A DNA stretch of 64,000 bases from Candidatus Methylomirabilota bacterium (lineage in GTDB: Bacteria; Acidobacteriota; Thermoanaerobaculia; Thermoanaerobaculales; Sulfomarinibacteraceae): positions 12,071 to 76,070 of the forward strand of contig DATHSO010000198.1 in NCBI GenBank assembly GCA_035464095.1, in the 5' to 3' direction. Of the stretch, positions 62,693-64,000 are shown piece by piece (position 1 is the first letter of the stretch; every line of letters starts with the position of its first letter). Made by a program: the position numbers and the translations under genes. Below the pieces are notes generated by a model. The model saw only the letters and a program-made list of their open reading frames with translations, was not told the DNA's origin and made no database searches.

Positions 62693-63624
62693 TTCTTCTG
62701 GTCCTCCAAGGTCACGTCGAGCCAGCTCTTCTTGCCGTCGGCATTGATGTGCGGCGCCGACCACGAGACCGGCCTCGAAAGAAGCTCCTGGATGGTCGCC
62801 TCCTGCTTGCCGCCGGGCAGGTTCGGTTCGTCCGACCAGCGGATGGCATGGTAGGCGAAGTACTTGCCGATGAAGTGCGACATGTGGGTGGTGGGGATGT
62901 AGGCGACCAGCAGCGCCAGCAGCACCACCGACAGGCTCAGCAGGAGACCGGCGGTGCCGGCGCCGACCGGCGCCAGGTTGAAGGTCACCAGGTTGGTGAC
63001 GAAGGCGGCGACCAGGGAGAAGTCCCGGTCGTAGCCCAGGAACATCACAGTGGCCACGCCGAAGGCGACGATGAAGAAGAGCAGGTTGAAGAGGTCGGCG
63101 GGCGCGGTGTAGTCCCTCAGCGAGCGGCTCCGGCGGCGCAGGAACAGGCCGATGGCGCCGACGATGCCGAGCACCAGGCCGGCGCCCGCGATGAACGGGA
63201 TCACGGCGCCGATGACCTTGCCCCCCGGCTCGGCGACAGAAGCCGGCAGGTAGCCGACGACGAGGCCGCCGAGCAGCAGCAGCGCGGTCGCCCCGCCCAC
63301 CAGGTAGAGCCCGAAGTGAAACGGGAAGGAGCGCGTCCACAGCTTCCGGTTGTGCTCACGCAGAGCGACCAGGAACAGGATCTCGGGCACCATGACCTTG
63401 AGCTCGCCGACCAGCGAGACCTCGCGCTTCTTGGTCCACCAGTCGCTCTCCTCGAGGTACGATCCCCCGTATGCGGCCTTGCCGCCGCCCTCATGCGCCA
63501 CGGGATAGAGCTCCCATCTCACGTGCATGGGCATCTTCGACCACATGAAAAAGCGGGCCACGCACGCCACCAGGAAGAAGACGATGCCGACGTAGGCGAC
63601 GATATAAGCGAGAGTAGTCATCAT
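62689..63624 (-). CDS. NarI/DsrM/TmcC-like b-cytochrome membrane subunit
   Basis: 311 aa from ATG 63624 (GAGGTG ribosome-binding site) with 5-6 TM helices and a cytoplasmic tail (...HINADGKKSWLD). Confidence 0.82.
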   Translation of the reverse strand: MMTTLAYIVAYVGIVFFLVACVARFFMWSKMPMHVRWELYPVAHEGGGKAAYGGSYLEESDWWTKKREVSLVGELKVMVPEILFLVALREHNRKLWTRSFPFHFGLYLVGGATALLLLGGLVVGYLPASVAEPGGKVIGAVIPFIAGAGLVLGIVGAIGLFLRRRSRSLRDYTAPADLFNLLFFIVAFGVATVMFLGYDRDFSLVAAFVTNLVTFNLAPVGAGTAGLLLSLSVVLLALLVAYIPTTHMSHFIGKYFAYHAIRWSDEPNLPGGKQEATIQELLSRPVSWSAPHINADGKKSWLDVTLEDQKK

Positions 63625-63820
63625 TATCACCTCATAACCATAGCACGGAGTTCTCATACGTCATGCGACGGCAACCACGACGAAACGACCATCGATGAGG
63701 GCCACCTCGCGGACCGACACGACGGTCGATCATACAACCACCCGACCCTCCGCGCCGATCGACCGCCGTCTCGGCCCGCGGGTAGCTCGTCGAAGGTCGG
63801 CATCCATCCTTCGGCGGATT

Positions 63821-63836
63821 AGCAATTGCCATGCCC
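63821..63836 (-). promoter_or_regulatory. Sigma-54-type promoter upstream of the third NarI/HdrD pair
   Basis: The minus strand reads GGGCATGGCAATTGCT, i.e. GGCAT-G-N4-TTGCT with correct GG/GC spacing. It lies about 197 nt upstream of ATG 63624. Confidence 0.6.
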
Positions 63837-64000
63837 GACCGAATCGCTCGGCGTTGTCGGATGCGTCCTCGACCCCATGGGCCACGGGGCCCGATCAAGT
63901 CCCCGGAGGTCAACAAGCTCGGCGTGCTCCTCGCGCCCACCGAGCTCTCGGTGCGCTTCGCCCGGCGGGCCCGAGGCACGCCGGTTGGAGAACGTGCGTT

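Noticed and set aside
63632-63979. 115-aa minus-strand ORF upstream of the NarI-like gene.
   Set aside because: Arg/Gly-rich low-complexity translation with no ribosome-binding site. The region is better explained as a promoter/5' UTR containing the sigma-54-type element.
63861-64000. Possible plus-strand CDS start (ATG 63861; MRPRPHGPRGPIKSPEVNKLGVLLAPTELSVRF...) running off the window.
   Set aside because: GC3 looks coding-like from about 63890 onward, but only about 46 codons are visible. There is no ribosome-binding site and no recognisable motif, so it cannot be supported.
1-64000. Mobile-element, prophage or defence-island content.
   Set aside because: I recognised no integrase, transposase, recombinase, phage structural, toxin-antitoxin or restriction-modification signatures in any frame. 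The only composition anomalies are the short AT-rich repeat elements and operator-like sites.

Overview
High-GC bacterial chromosomal window (strong GC3 skew, GGAGG-type ribosome-binding sites, many 4-nt ATGA/GTGA start/stop overlaps). About 61 protein-coding genes are supported. I found no rRNA, tRNA, CRISPR array, transposase or integrase. The 3' two thirds is a dissimilatory sulfur-energy island, all on the minus strand. (1) dsrA-dsrB-dsrD-(ferritin-like)-dsrL-dsrN-(HEAT)-(TPR)-dsrC at 40824-48514. (2) dsrT-like plus dsrMKJOP at 34918-40567. (3) A CoA-disulfide/persulfide-reductase-rhodanese fusion, a BASS-family permease and a CysG-HemD-like siroheme synthase at 30366-34839. (4) A permuted 16-heme Hmc complex (hmcE-F-A-B-C-D) headed by a Trp-rich TmcD-like repeat protein (53455-60665), followed by a receiver-HEAT-receiver trio. 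(5) A third NarI-like/HdrD-like pair at 61088-63624. Three near-consensus sigma-54 promoters sit in front of dsrA, dsrT and the third NarI/HdrD pair. A PAS-AAA+-HTH enhancer-binding protein and a divergent PAS histidine kinase, both with Cys-rich PAS domains, lie directly upstream of dsrA. The 5' third carries housekeeping and accessory genes: def, dnaJ, a membrane Ser/Thr kinase, a minimal exosortase with a partner membrane protein, an FHA-EBP, DUF4388-GAF, a transglutaminase-like protein, nusB, ribH and an R2lox-like protein. It also carries a DtxR-regulated Mn/Zn-type ABC operon whose ATPase gene has two in-frame stop codons, a cNMP-binding/aspartase fusion, an HD-GYP response regulator, rfbACB, an OprP-like porin and an NtrBC-like pair. 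Several intergenic spacers hold 6-7-nt tandem-repeat arrays. These include two copies of an AT-rich heptamer inverted-repeat element wedged between convergent genes. All coordinates and motif counts were read by hand from the sequence and ORF track. No database search was run.
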